This document shows positions 19,678-30,262 of a DNA stretch of 64,000 bases, piece by piece (the first letter of the stretch is position 1; every line of letters starts with the position of its first letter). Location: the NCBI GenBank assembly GCA_943350875.1, contig CALRAL010000001.1, positions 165,017-229,016 of the forward strand. Direction: 5' to 3'. The position numbers and the translations under genes are program-made. Source of the stretch: Candidatus Nomurabacteria bacterium. Lineage in GTDB: Bacteria; Patescibacteriota; Minisyncoccia; Phycocordibacterales; UBA9973. The notes under the pieces were generated by a model that saw only the letters and a program-made list of their open reading frames with translations, made no database searches and was not told the origin of the DNA.

Positions 19678-20841
19678 TTATTTTACGATACGTTTTATGG
19701 TTGGATTTATACGATAATACCTTTTGATTATAGGGTTTATCCGAGTGACAATCTCATAATTAATAGTATCAGAGTCCTGAGCCATTATGTCTGCCTCCGC
19801 ATAATGTCCATGATTCCCTCCGATGATAGCTACTTCATCCCCGACTTTGGCGTTTACACTAGTTATATCCATCACTATCATATCCATAGATACTCGGCCT
19901 ATTAATTTCACTTTTTTACCATTTACATTAAAAACGCCTTTTCCAGAGAGAAGTCTAGGATACCCGTGCCAATAGCCTATGGGGATAATTGCGAGTTTTG
20001 AATCTCTTTTTAATTCTTCTGTCAGATCATAACCAATCCTTGTGCCTTTGGGTAAAGTTTTTATTTCCGTGATAATAGTTTTCCAAGAAAGCACTGGATA
20101 TAAACTATATTTTTTCTCCATGGCTATTTTTGTTTCCTTAGAAGACCAAAGTCCATACATACCAATGCCGACACGCACCATATCAAACTGAAATTCTGGA
20201 TAAAACATAGCAGCAGCAGATGCACAGATATGTTTTAATGGTTTGTAGCTAGCTTTTTTAAATTCTTTTTCCCATTGATTTAGTCTATTCACTTGTAGCT
20301 CTGTATATTTCCTGCCTTCTAATTCTTCTCCTAATGCTAAATGACTGTACAGTCCTTTCACTTCTATTTTTTTATTTTCCTTTAACAACGCCAAAACTTT
20401 TTTAATTTCATTCATCAAAAATCCTTGTCTGCCGAGCCCTGTGTCTGCTTTTATATGTATTTTAATTTTTTTATTAAATTTAGTTTTTACTAATGATCTC
20501 AGAGCATCCATATTTGAGATAGTTAGAGAAATATTTTTTTCGCTTGCCTCCTTGTAATATGCTGGAGAAACATAGCCAAAAACCATTATAGGTACTTTTA
20601 TACCTTCTTTTCTTAATTCTAATGCTTCTTCAAATGAATCAGTTCCCAAAAAACTGACTCCACATTTTACTACTTCTTTTGAAAACGGCACAAGTCCGTG
20701 TCCATAGGCATTTGATTTGACCACTGCCATCAAGATACAGTTTTTACCAATAACACTTTTGAAAGTCTCATAATTTTTTTTTATATTTTTACGATCAAGC
20801 TCTACCCAAGTTCGCAATTTTGTTTTTTCTGTTTGAGTCAT
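19678..20841 (-). CDS. alr: Alanine racemase
   Basis: PLP site AVVKSNAYGHG; C-terminal beta domain. Confidence 0.85.
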   Translation of the reverse strand: MTQTEKTKLRTWVELDRKNIKKNYETFKSVIGKNCILMAVVKSNAYGHGLVPFSKEVVKCGVSFLGTDSFEEALELRKEGIKVPIMVFGYVSPAYYKEASEKNISLTISNMDALRSLVKTKFNKKIKIHIKADTGLGRQGFLMNEIKKVLALLKENKKIEVKGLYSHLALGEELEGRKYTELQVNRLNQWEKEFKKASYKPLKHICASAAAMFYPEFQFDMVRVGIGMYGLWSSKETKIAMEKKYSLYPVLSWKTIITEIKTLPKGTRIGYDLTEELKRDSKLAIIPIGYWHGYPRLLSGKGVFNVNGKKVKLIGRVSMDMIVMDITSVNAKVGDEVAIIGGNHGHYAEADIMAQDSDTINYEIVTRINPIIKRYYRINPTIKRIVK

Positions 20842-20844
20842 TTT

Positions 20845-21813
20845 TTAATTTACACTAGTTTTTAATTTGTTTTCTCTTTCAGATCTCTCTATTGCAAGTT
20901 TGATTAATCTGTCCAAAAGTTTCGTGATTGGCACACCACTTGCTTCCCATAGTTTTGGATACATACTGATATTTGTAAAACCTGGAATTGTATTTATTTC
21001 ATTTACCAAAACTTTTCCATTTTTCTTAAGGAAGAAATCTACTCTACTCATACCTTCACAATTTAGAACTTTAAAGGTTTTAACAGCTAATTCTTGAATT
21101 ATTTTAGTTGTTTTTTTATCTATTTTTGCCGGTATTTCTGCTATGGATCCAGCATCTATATATTTTGCATTATAAGAATAAAACTCTTGATTGGCAATTA
21201 TTTCTCCAGGAATCGAAGCCATAGGGTTTTCATTACCCAAAACTGCACACTCTATCTCACGCCCATCGATGAATTCTTCAATAATTATTTTTGTATCATA
21301 TTGAAATGCTTCTTTGACAGCCTTTATAAACTCTTTTTCATTTTTTACCTTACTTATCCCAACAGATGAACCCATATTTGCTGGTTTTATAAAGAGTGAT
21401 AAACCCAACTCTTTTTTAACATTTGAAAAATTAATTTTATCTCCACTTCTTACCGTAATAAATTTACCAATGGGTATGTTTGAGTCTCTAAGAATTTTCT
21501 TAGTTATTTCCTTATCCATTCCCATGGCTGAGCCAAGTACACTTGGACCCACAAATGGTACACCCGCAAGCTTTAAAAGACCTTGCATGCTACCATCTTC
21601 ACCAAATGGTCCATGCATAATTGGAAAAACTATATCAAACTTTTTAATCTGTTCAAAATTGAATTTACCATCTTTATTTATCTTTATAGCAGTAACATTA
21701 TATTTATCTTTATCTAATGCATTGATGACATTTTTTGCAGACTGTAAAGATACTTCATGCTCTGCTGATTTACCCCCAAAAAGTACCCCTATTTTTAATC
21801 GTTTTTTTGCCAT
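20845..21813 (-). CDS. ddl: D-alanine--D-alanine ligase
   Basis: GVLFGGKSAEHEVSLQSA N-domain and ATP-grasp motifs; adjacent to alr. Confidence 0.85.
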   Translation of the reverse strand: MAKKRLKIGVLFGGKSAEHEVSLQSAKNVINALDKDKYNVTAIKINKDGKFNFEQIKKFDIVFPIMHGPFGEDGSMQGLLKLAGVPFVGPSVLGSAMGMDKEITKKILRDSNIPIGKFITVRSGDKINFSNVKKELGLSLFIKPANMGSSVGISKVKNEKEFIKAVKEAFQYDTKIIIEEFIDGREIECAVLGNENPMASIPGEIIANQEFYSYNAKYIDAGSIAEIPAKIDKKTTKIIQELAVKTFKVLNCEGMSRVDFFLKKNGKVLVNEINTIPGFTNISMYPKLWEASGVPITKLLDRLIKLAIERSERENKLKTSVN

Positions 21814-21833
21814 TTTTAGAGTATAGCACTTTT

Positions 21834-22973
21834 TTATAGTAATTTTACAACGTCGTGATATGTAACAAAAAGCATTAGGATTATGAGAACTGCAAAACCT
21901 GCCATGTTGGCAATATTAGTCACTTTTGGATTCATCTTTGAGCCTTTGATTTTCTCAATCAAGAGGAAGAGCAATCTACCTCCATCAAGCGCAGGAAAAG
22001 GCAAAAGGTTGATTATTGCTAGATTCACGGATATTAGGCCCGCAAAAGAAAGCAAATAATTAAAGCCAAATTTATAGGCATCACCCACTACTCCCACCAT
22101 CCCTACAGGCCCTGTGACAGAAGAAAAGCTACCTTTGCCCATTATTGCCCCTTTTATGAGCCCAAAAAGGCCTGAAACAGTGTCTTTGGTCACAGACCAA
22201 TCAAGTTTAAGCCCTTCCCAAAAAGCCATGTAAAACGGCAGTTTTTCAATACCAATCTGATCCATAGATATGCCTATCATTAGCTCACCAGATTCGCTAG
22301 ATTTAGGTTTGATGTTGACTATATTTATGGGTTCTGTTATTTTTCCACGAACATAACCTATTTCTAATCCCCCGCCTGCATCAGCTATGCCTGAAGCATT
22401 GTGGGCAGGATCTTTTTTTGAGTTTGTGGCAAAAGATTTAATAGTTTCTGGACTAATAAAAGTTGTAAATTGATTTCCGCTTTTTAAGGAAACAATCTTG
22501 TCACCAGTTTTGAGACCAGCTACATCTGCAGGAGATTTGGGTAATACAGACACCACTACAGTATGTACATCTTTTAATTCATAGCCATTGGCTTCTTCAC
22601 CGACAGATGTCGGAAGCCCAGACATAAAACTAAAAGAAAAAATAATCCAAGCAAGCAAGAAATTTGCAAATACTCCAGTAAAGAGAACTATTGCTTGCTT
22701 CCAAGCTGGTTTGTTTATAAAACTTCGACTTGCGTCTGGACCAGAAATGCTTTCTTCGTCTGGAGTCTCACCGAAAATCTTTACAAAACCACCAAAAGGT
22801 AAAAGATTGAAAGTATATTCTGTTTCTCCTTTCTTAATGCCGAAAAGTTTAGGGGGGAAGCCAAAGCCGAATTCATCTACTCTGATTCCAAACTTCTTCG
22901 CGCTAAAAAAATGCCCAAATTCATGGACCAACACTAGCACCAGAAGTATGATTATAAATATAATAATAGACAT
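21834..22973 (-). CDS. rseP: RIP (site-2) zinc metalloprotease RseP
   Basis: HEFGHF in TM1, PDZ domain, second zinc-site motif LLPFPALDGG. Confidence 0.8.
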   Translation of the reverse strand: MSIIIFIIILLVLVLVHEFGHFFSAKKFGIRVDEFGFGFPPKLFGIKKGETEYTFNLLPFGGFVKIFGETPDEESISGPDASRSFINKPAWKQAIVLFTGVFANFLLAWIIFSFSFMSGLPTSVGEEANGYELKDVHTVVVSVLPKSPADVAGLKTGDKIVSLKSGNQFTTFISPETIKSFATNSKKDPAHNASGIADAGGGLEIGYVRGKITEPINIVNIKPKSSESGELMIGISMDQIGIEKLPFYMAFWEGLKLDWSVTKDTVSGLFGLIKGAIMGKGSFSSVTGPVGMVGVVGDAYKFGFNYLLSFAGLISVNLAIINLLPFPALDGGRLLFLLIEKIKGSKMNPKVTNIANMAGFAVLIILMLFVTYHDVVKLL

Positions 22974-22976
22974 CTT

Positions 22977-23528
22977 TTAATTCATTACTTCTTTTTCTTT
23001 TTTCTCAAAAATACTTTCCAAGTTTTTATTTACTTCGTCGATTATTTTCTGTAAATCTTCTTTCGCTTTAAACTTTTCATCCTTTGTGATTTTACCTTCT
23101 TTTTCTAATTTCTGAACATCGTCCCAAATGCGTTCTCGTTCTCTACGGACAGTGATCCTTTGCTCTTCTAACTTCTCTTTTAAGACTTTTACGAGTTTTT
23201 GCCTCGTCTCTGTGGTGAGTTGAGGGAATATCACTCGAAGCCCTGATTCATCTGTAGCTAAAGATAAGCCTATATTTGAAGCTAAAATAGCTTTTTCAAT
23301 TACTTTCAATTGAGTCTTATCCCAAGGAGCAATACGCAAGGTCTTTGAGTCTTCGATGGAAATAGAGGCAACGTTCTTGATCGGCTGATAGGCACCATAT
23401 ATTTCTAAAGAGATATTGTCTAAAATCATCGGCGAAGCACGACCGACATTGAGCTGGTTGTATTCTTTACTCAAGAATTCTTCCACCTTTTTTATTTCTG
23501 TTTTAAAGTTTGAAAAGTTGTATTGCAT
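22977..23528 (-). CDS. frr: Ribosome recycling factor
   Basis: 183 aa with the characteristic RRF N-terminal region and C-terminal helical bundle. Confidence 0.85.
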   Translation of the reverse strand: MQYNFSNFKTEIKKVEEFLSKEYNQLNVGRASPMILDNISLEIYGAYQPIKNVASISIEDSKTLRIAPWDKTQLKVIEKAILASNIGLSLATDESGLRVIFPQLTTETRQKLVKVLKEKLEEQRITVRRERERIWDDVQKLEKEGKITKDEKFKAKEDLQKIIDEVNKNLESIFEKKEKEVMN

Positions 23529-23555
23529 ATTATGATTATACCAATAATTATAAAT

Positions 23556-24311
23556 TTATAAAATGGGGACAACTAAAGCCACTGATTCCATTAAGCTTTT
23601 TACTGAAGATCCTGGCTGACGCAAAAATTCTCTGATTTTGAAAAAATGTTTAAAATAAGTAATACCCATATGGAGGGTAGTCCTTGATATTTTATTGTGT
23701 AAAACGCATTCTAAACTGTTTAAAAAACTTATAGCTTTAGAACGAGAGGAATCTCTTTGGCTCTCTTTCCCGATCTCTATAAGGACTCCGACTTTGGTCG
23801 GAGCCTCTTCTTCAGCTAATAATTCTTTTATAAAATTAATTCTGTTCTGTAAAGACATCTTTATAAATTTTTCTGCCTCACCCTCCGCTAGGTCAGACCT
23901 AGCGGAAATAAAATGGAACCGAGATACAACAGTTTTCAAAAGTACATTTACATCAGGAATAATTATATAAAAAAGTGTATTTGGTACAGGGTCTTCAAAA
24001 AGTTTCAAAAGTGCTTGCTCTGCATCTAATGTAAAATTATTGGCACAAATTATAAATATCTTTTTATTTTCAGCCTCGCCCGTAAAGCTATGGCTTAGGG
24101 AAAATCCACTCTGATACGCCATGTCACGCACACTGAAAGCATCATCAATTTTAAAATTATCAATCACCAAATGACATACATCCGGATTATTTAAAACTTT
24201 TATTCCCAAACTTTCCACAAACTCAAAAATCTCAGGCACAACTTTCTCATGTTCGCCTTCTATTAGGTATGCGTGATGATTATTGTTATTTTCTAAATAT
24301 TCTTTTAACAT
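23556..24311 (-). CDS. holB: DNA polymerase III delta-prime-like clamp-loader subunit (no Walker A); carries in-frame palindromic insertions
   Basis: HAYLIEG..., PDVCHLVID, ...IFIICANNFTLDAEQALLKLFEDPVPNTLFYII...VVSRF aligns with HolB TLEEPP/SRC region. Confidence 0.5.
   Translation of the reverse strand: MLKEYLENNNNHHAYLIEGEHEKVVPEIFEFVESLGIKVLNNPDVCHLVIDNFKIDDAFSVRDMAYQSGFSLSHSFTGEAENKKIFIICANNFTLDAEQALLKLFEDPVPNTLFYIIIPDVNVLLKTVVSRFHFISARSDLAEGEAEKFIKMSLQNRINFIKELLAEEEAPTKVGVLIEIGKESQRDSSRSKAISFLNSLECVLHNKISRTTLHMGITYFKHFFKIREFLRQPGSSVKSLMESVALVVPIL
23783..23805. repeat. Palindrome GGACTCCGAC-TTTG-GTCGGAGCC inside the holB-like CDS
   Basis: In-frame (EEAPTKVGVL); related to the hairpin at 19348. 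Confidence 0.4.
23885..23905. repeat. REP-like palindrome CCGCTAGGTC-AGA-CCTAGCGG, a variant of the RAYT-flanking REP, inside the holB-like CDS
   Basis: Same stem as 61292, 62189, 62891 and 63503; in-frame (ISARSDLAEGE). Confidence 0.6.
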
Positions 24312-25324
24312 TATTTCTTACTTAGGATAGCCTTTTTATACACATCCAGGTGTTCTAGCGCGATACCTGTACCATTTACCACACAGAAAAGAGGGTCATC
24401 GGCTAAAATAGCCTTCACTCCAGTCTTCCTGTACACCAAATCAGTCAGATTGCGGAGCATGGATGAGCCACCGGTCATGATTATCCCATGATCCATGATA
24501 TCAGAAGAGAGCTCAGGTGGAGTTTCTTGCAACACGTCTTTTATTGCTTTCACCATCATTTTTAATTCACCATCTATCGCTTTTACGATTTCGTTTGTGG
24601 AGATCTGTGCTGAACGCGGAAGCCCTTGGATAAAATCTCGCCCTTTTATCGTTGCATGAAGCTCTTCTTCAAGCGGTACAGCTGCGCCTATTTTTATTTT
24701 CACTTCTTCAGCTGTTCTGTCACCTATTGCAAGGTTAAAAGTCTTTTTTATATAGTCTGCTATGGCTTGATCTATCTTGTTTCCAGCGCATTTTACAGAA
24801 GTAGAAGCCACTATTCCACCCAATGAAATAACCGCCACATCCGTCGTACCACCACCGATATCCACTATCATATGCCCTCTAGCCTCGTAAATCGGTACTC
24901 CAGCGCCTATCGCCGCTAAAATGGGCTCTTTGACCACATAGGCGTTTTTAGCCCCTGCGCGGATAGCTGCCTCTACCACAGCTCGGCGTTCTGTCGAAGT
25001 TATGCCTGCTGGCACTGAAACCATGACATCGGGCTTGAAAATGTTAAATTTGCCCATTGCTTTATTTATGAAATATCGGAGCATGGCTTCGGTCACCCTA
25101 TGGTCTGCGATGACGCCATCTTTCATTGGACAATATGTGATGATGGATTCTGGGGTTTTACCTATCATGTCTTTGGCCTCAAAGCCGATAGCCATTATTT
25201 TGTTATCTTGTTCGGATACAGCTACCACCGAAGGCTCATTTAAAATGATGCCTTTTCCTGGTAAAAAGACGAGAGTATTGGCTGTACCTAGATCTATGCC
25301 TAATTTCTTTGAAAAGATTCCCAT
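24311..25324 (-). CDS. mreB: Rod-shape-determining actin homologue MreB
   Basis: LGIDLGTANTLVF..., MIVDIGGGTTDVAVISLGGIV actin-fold motifs. Confidence 0.9.
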   Translation of the reverse strand: MGIFSKKLGIDLGTANTLVFLPGKGIILNEPSVVAVSEQDNKIMAIGFEAKDMIGKTPESIITYCPMKDGVIADHRVTEAMLRYFINKAMGKFNIFKPDVMVSVPAGITSTERRAVVEAAIRAGAKNAYVVKEPILAAIGAGVPIYEARGHMIVDIGGGTTDVAVISLGGIVASTSVKCAGNKIDQAIADYIKKTFNLAIGDRTAEEVKIKIGAAVPLEEELHATIKGRDFIQGLPRSAQISTNEIVKAIDGELKMMVKAIKDVLQETPPELSSDIMDHGIIMTGGSSMLRNLTDLVYRKTGVKAILADDPLFCVVNGTGIALEHLDVYKKAILSKK

Positions 25325-25486
25325 CCCGTACGAAATAGGAAATCGTTAGATTTCCGTACTTTATTTAAACTTTAATAATTTCGACTTCTCTCAATATAAT
25401 ATCTACCCGAAGAAACCTATTTTAACAGAAAGATTTCATACGGGACCCATGAGTCAAATATATCACATTTATGCTAAAATAAAAGC

Positions 25487-25822
25487 ATGGATTCAGAAGA
25501 AGAAAATGACAAAAAAAACCATATAAAAAACCCATTTCAGGGCTATTTAGAAAACTTAAAAAAACACAAAGAGGCAGTAAACCCGGTGCATGAGATAGTG
25601 AACTGTTATTATAAAATGAATGGTTGGGAAAAGATGCCAAAAACTTTTTACACTGGCCGATATGCTTACAACAAGCTCGCCTTTGAGGCAAAAAAACTTT
25701 ACGAAGCTTGTGACAAAGAATTAGACGACTGTATCTGGGCACTCGATAAGATGAAATATTTAGCACAAAAAGGAAACTTCGATTGGTCTATCATCACGTG
25801 TTTGAAACATGAGTTGAAATAA
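25487..25822 (+). CDS. Hypothetical protein (111 aa)
   Basis: Protein-like composition; downstream hairpin CTTGGAC-ACCC-GTCCAAG plus T-run at 25926-25954; the overlapping minus ORF looks spurious. Confidence 0.4.
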   Translation: MDSEEENDKKNHIKNPFQGYLENLKKHKEAVNPVHEIVNCYYKMNGWEKMPKTFYTGRYAYNKLAFEAKKLYEACDKELDDCIWALDKMKYLAQKGNFDWSIITCLKHELK

Positions 25823-26025
25823 AAAACCCATTTACGTTTTCACATAAAAGGGTCTATCAGATATTATTTCATTCAGCCAAAAATAAAAATGGCCAAAAGA
25901 ATTAATGCAAACACCAATGCTAATGCTTGGACACCCGTCCAAGATTTTTTATTTTCTGTACTCATATAAAGAGCTTTCTATTAAAAGTGAAACATACAAA
26001 TATCATAATACCATACTTAGTATTT

Positions 26026-26733
26026 TTACGCAACGATGACAGTGAACTCTCCTCGCACTTTGTCTTTATTTTTATCAAAGTATTCTAAAAGCTCTGCAGG
26101 TGAGCCGATTTTAAATTCTTCATAGATTTTAGTAAGTTCGCGAGCGATGCAGACTTTTTTATTGGGGCAAAATTTCTGCAAAGATTCTAAAGTTTTCAAA
26201 ATACGATGTGGAGATTCATAGAAAACCATTGTTCTCTTTGATTGCTCAATTTCTTTAAATAAAGTTTCTCTACCCTTTTTATGTGGCAAAAATCCAAGAA
26301 AAGTAAATTCATGAGTTGGGAGTCCTGAAGCAGAAAGCGCAGTGATGACTGCTGAAGCTCCAGGAATAGGGATAACTTGAATGTCAAAGACCGTCTTTGA
26401 CACAGGAGGTGTCAAGGACTGTCCTTGACATTCTTTTATCTGAGCCACCAGCATCGCTCCAGGATCAGAGATGCCTGGAGTGCCTGCATCTGAGACTAAA
26501 GCTAAATCTTTCCCTTTTTTTATTAATTCAAAAATTTTACCAGTTTTAGAAAGTTTGCTTTGAGCATGATAGCTCATAGTCGGTTTATTTATATTATATT
26601 TTTCTAAAATTTTTTTAGTCTCTCGAGTATCCTCGCATAATATCAAATCGACGTTCTTTAATGTCTCAATAGCTCGAAAACTAATGTCTCCCATATTTCC
26701 TATCGGCGTCGCCACTACGTAAAATTTGGACAT
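26026..26733 (-). CDS. rsmI: 16S rRNA (cytidine1402-2'-O)-methyltransferase RsmI
   Basis: FYVVATPIGNMGDISFRAIETLKNVDLILCEDTR tetrapyrrole-methylase-like N-term. Confidence 0.85.
   Translation of the reverse strand: MSKFYVVATPIGNMGDISFRAIETLKNVDLILCEDTRETKKILEKYNINKPTMSYHAQSKLSKTGKIFELIKKGKDLALVSDAGTPGISDPGAMLVAQIKECQGQSLTPPVSKTVFDIQVIPIPGASAVITALSASGLPTHEFTFLGFLPHKKGRETLFKEIEQSKRTMVFYESPHRILKTLESLQKFCPNKKVCIARELTKIYEEFKIGSPAELLEYFDKNKDKVRGEFTVIVA
26410..26430. repeat. Palindrome TGTCAAGGACTGTCCTTGACA inside rsmI (in-frame KECQGQSLT)
   Basis: Same CAAGGACWGTCCTTG core as 29226 and 29251. Confidence 0.55.
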
Positions 26734-26741
26734 AAAATAAA

Positions 26742-27209
26742 TTAACTATTACGAGCTTTTTTAAACGTATGCAAATGCGAAGAAATGCCTATGCCTATGG
26801 CTATGATGAGGATGTTTTTTATGATGTATTGTCCTTCGAGTGTAGGAGTTAAGAATCCTTGCCAAGTGACAGAGGTCAGTAAAAACAACGGCATAACAGT
26901 CGTTATTAAATGTATTACCAAAAGTAAAATCGCCAACCGTTCTAATTTTGGGATTATAAAAATAATACCAATAAGCATCTCAAAAATACCAAAGAAAATT
27001 ATAAAAGTATTAAAAGACACTCCTGGCAAAGTCCTCTCTAGAAGCGATGCTACGAGCGGGTTCGCCGGACTCATGGATAAAACTTTCAACAATCCAAACC
27101 AAAAATAAACTAAAAAAATAGCAAATCTAGAAAATGGTACAGCCCAATGTTTGGTATGGTCTATTATTTCTTCATCTATTTTTTCTATTTCGTTTTCTAT
27201 TTTATTCAT
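26742..27209 (-). CDS. Hypothetical polytopic membrane protein
   Basis: 155 aa with four hydrophobic helices. Confidence 0.4.
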   Translation of the reverse strand: MNKIENEIEKIDEEIIDHTKHWAVPFSRFAIFLVYFWFGLLKVLSMSPANPLVASLLERTLPGVSFNTFIIFFGIFEMLIGIIFIIPKLERLAILLLVIHLITTVMPLFLLTSVTWQGFLTPTLEGQYIIKNILIIAIGIGISSHLHTFKKARNS

Positions 27210-27214
27210 GATTT

Positions 27215-27661
27215 TTATTTCCTATATTTTTTTAATTTCCATTTATCTGCTACCTTGACTCTAGTCAGTGAGCGTTCGAGTTCTGTGGCAAAATGTTCAT
27301 AATCAACCACTTCTTTATTCTCTGCTTGTTTTCTTAATTCTTCTGCACGAGCTTTTGCTTTTTCAATACTTTCATCATTCATTTCAGACACATGTAGAGC
27401 GAAATCAGCCAAGATAGCGACATTTGTAACACCATCTTCGCCTTTTTTGACCTCTATAAAACCACCCACCACTGCCATAGGCACATATTCACCATTTACA
27501 AGTGACACGATGTCCCCAGAAGCAAGTTCTGCTATAAGTGGTATGTGATCAGGTAAAACTGTTATCTCACCTTGTTTTGTAGGCAAACTCACTTGATCTA
27601 CCATCTCATCAAGTAATAATTTTTCCGGTGTGACTATTTTAAGTTTTAGTTGTTTTGACAT
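27215..27661 (-). CDS. atpC: F1 ATP synthase subunit epsilon
   Basis: LKIVTPEKLLLDEMVDQVSLPTKQGEITVLPDHIPLIAELASGDI. Confidence 0.85.
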   Translation of the reverse strand: MSKQLKLKIVTPEKLLLDEMVDQVSLPTKQGEITVLPDHIPLIAELASGDIVSLVNGEYVPMAVVGGFIEVKKGEDGVTNVAILADFALHVSEMNDESIEKAKARAEELRKQAENKEVVDYEHFATELERSLTRVKVADKWKLKKYRK

Positions 27662-27836
27662 ATGTATTCACTTTGAGAGTTAAATAGTTCTTGAGAAAAG
27701 CCTTGCGCAGAAGTTTAGAAAATAAAAATGGTATTCCATTTATTATTTTCTTGAACGACGAGCAGTTCGCTGGCAAGCTTCGCCAGATAGATTGCTTTTT
27801 GAAAGAAGCTATTTAATTTTCAAAGACTATTTAATT

Positions 27837-29265
<1,429 letters not shown>

Positions 29266-29270
29266 TAAGC

Positions 29271-30170
29271 CTAGCTCATACTTGCCATGCCGGCACTTAT
29301 TTCTGATATTTCTCTGGTGATGCCTGACTGGCGAACTTTGTTAAATACTAATGTCAGATCATCTATCATCTCTGTACTTGCCTCACTTGCATTCTTCATC
29401 GCCATCATTCTGGCTGACTGTTCACTCGCATTTGATTCTAGCATCATCTGATATATCTGAGTTCTGACTATTTTCTCTGCAAGTGATTCTATTAAAACAT
29501 TCATATCCCCTTCAAATAAATATTCTACATCACCACCCCCAGCCCCCTCCTCCTCAAGGCGGGGATTAATTTCTTCAATTAATTCCTTTAAAGCATCTTT
29601 TGAAACAGGGATAACTTGGCGAATGTTCGGCTTTTGAGTCAGAGCAGAAACGAAATCAGTATAAGCCACTAATACTTTATCATAATTACCTAAATTATAT
29701 TCATCAGTTGAAAGTTTTGAAATCGGTATTATATCTCCGATAGAAATGTTATCTGGAATCTCATTAAAGCTTGCAATAACTTTTTTACCAATCCTTCGCA
29801 TTAAAATATCACCTTTTTTGCCGACAGTGATTACATCAATATTTGGATACACATTTTGTTTAAAAATTAAAAGTACCTTTTTTGCCACTTGAGCATTATA
29901 AGCTCCGCAAAGTCCACGATTGGAAGTGACGAAAATAAGTAAAACATTTTTTACTTCTCTCTCTATGAAAAGCGGACTGGTTATCTTCTCTGTATTCTTG
30001 GCAATTGAAGTCAAAATCTCCCAAGAATATTCCGCGTACAAACGCGAAGCCAACGTACTCGATACTGCGCGTTTCATCTTGCTTGCAGCCACGAGCTCCA
30101 TGGCCTTGGTTATCTTCTTCGTGCTCTTGATCGATTTGATTCTACTTTTTATCTCTTTTGAATTTAACAT
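29271..30170 (-). CDS. atpG: F1 ATP synthase subunit gamma
   Basis: N-term IKSRIKSIKSTKKITKAMELVAASKM, C-term helix. Confidence 0.85.
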   Translation of the reverse strand: MLNSKEIKSRIKSIKSTKKITKAMELVAASKMKRAVSSTLASRLYAEYSWEILTSIAKNTEKITSPLFIEREVKNVLLIFVTSNRGLCGAYNAQVAKKVLLIFKQNVYPNIDVITVGKKGDILMRRIGKKVIASFNEIPDNISIGDIIPISKLSTDEYNLGNYDKVLVAYTDFVSALTQKPNIRQVIPVSKDALKELIEEINPRLEEEGAGGGDVEYLFEGDMNVLIESLAEKIVRTQIYQMMLESNASEQSARMMAMKNASEASTEMIDDLTLVFNKVRQSGITREISEISAGMASMS

Positions 30171-30186
30171 ACATTTTTCTCTTTAT

Positions 30187-30224
30187 TCCCCGCCTGCAAC
30201 GCTATGCGTAGCATTGCGGGCAGG
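30187..30224. repeat. Family-1 palindrome copy 2 (intergenic atpA/atpG)
   Basis: CCCCGCCTGCAACGCTATGCGTAGCATTGCGGGCAGG. Confidence 0.75.
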
Positions 30225-30262
30225 TTCTTTTAATTTCTTTCGTTGATGCCATAAATAATTTT

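Noticed and set aside
25326-25363. Hairpin GGAAATC-GTTA-GATTTCC just upstream of the mreB start codon as a riboswitch or attenuator
   Set aside because: Short, single stem, no recognisable conserved motif. Noted only as a possible 5'-UTR structure.
25422-25766. 114-aa minus-strand ORF
   Set aside because: Cys/His/Phe-rich low-complexity translation antisense to a more protein-like plus-strand ORF (25487-25822) that has its own terminator. Judged a shadow ORF.
27662-27836. Unusually long (175 nt) atpD-atpC spacer with a CTGGC...GCCAG hairpin as another repeat element
   Set aside because: No second copy of this sequence was found in the window, so it cannot be assigned to a repeat family.
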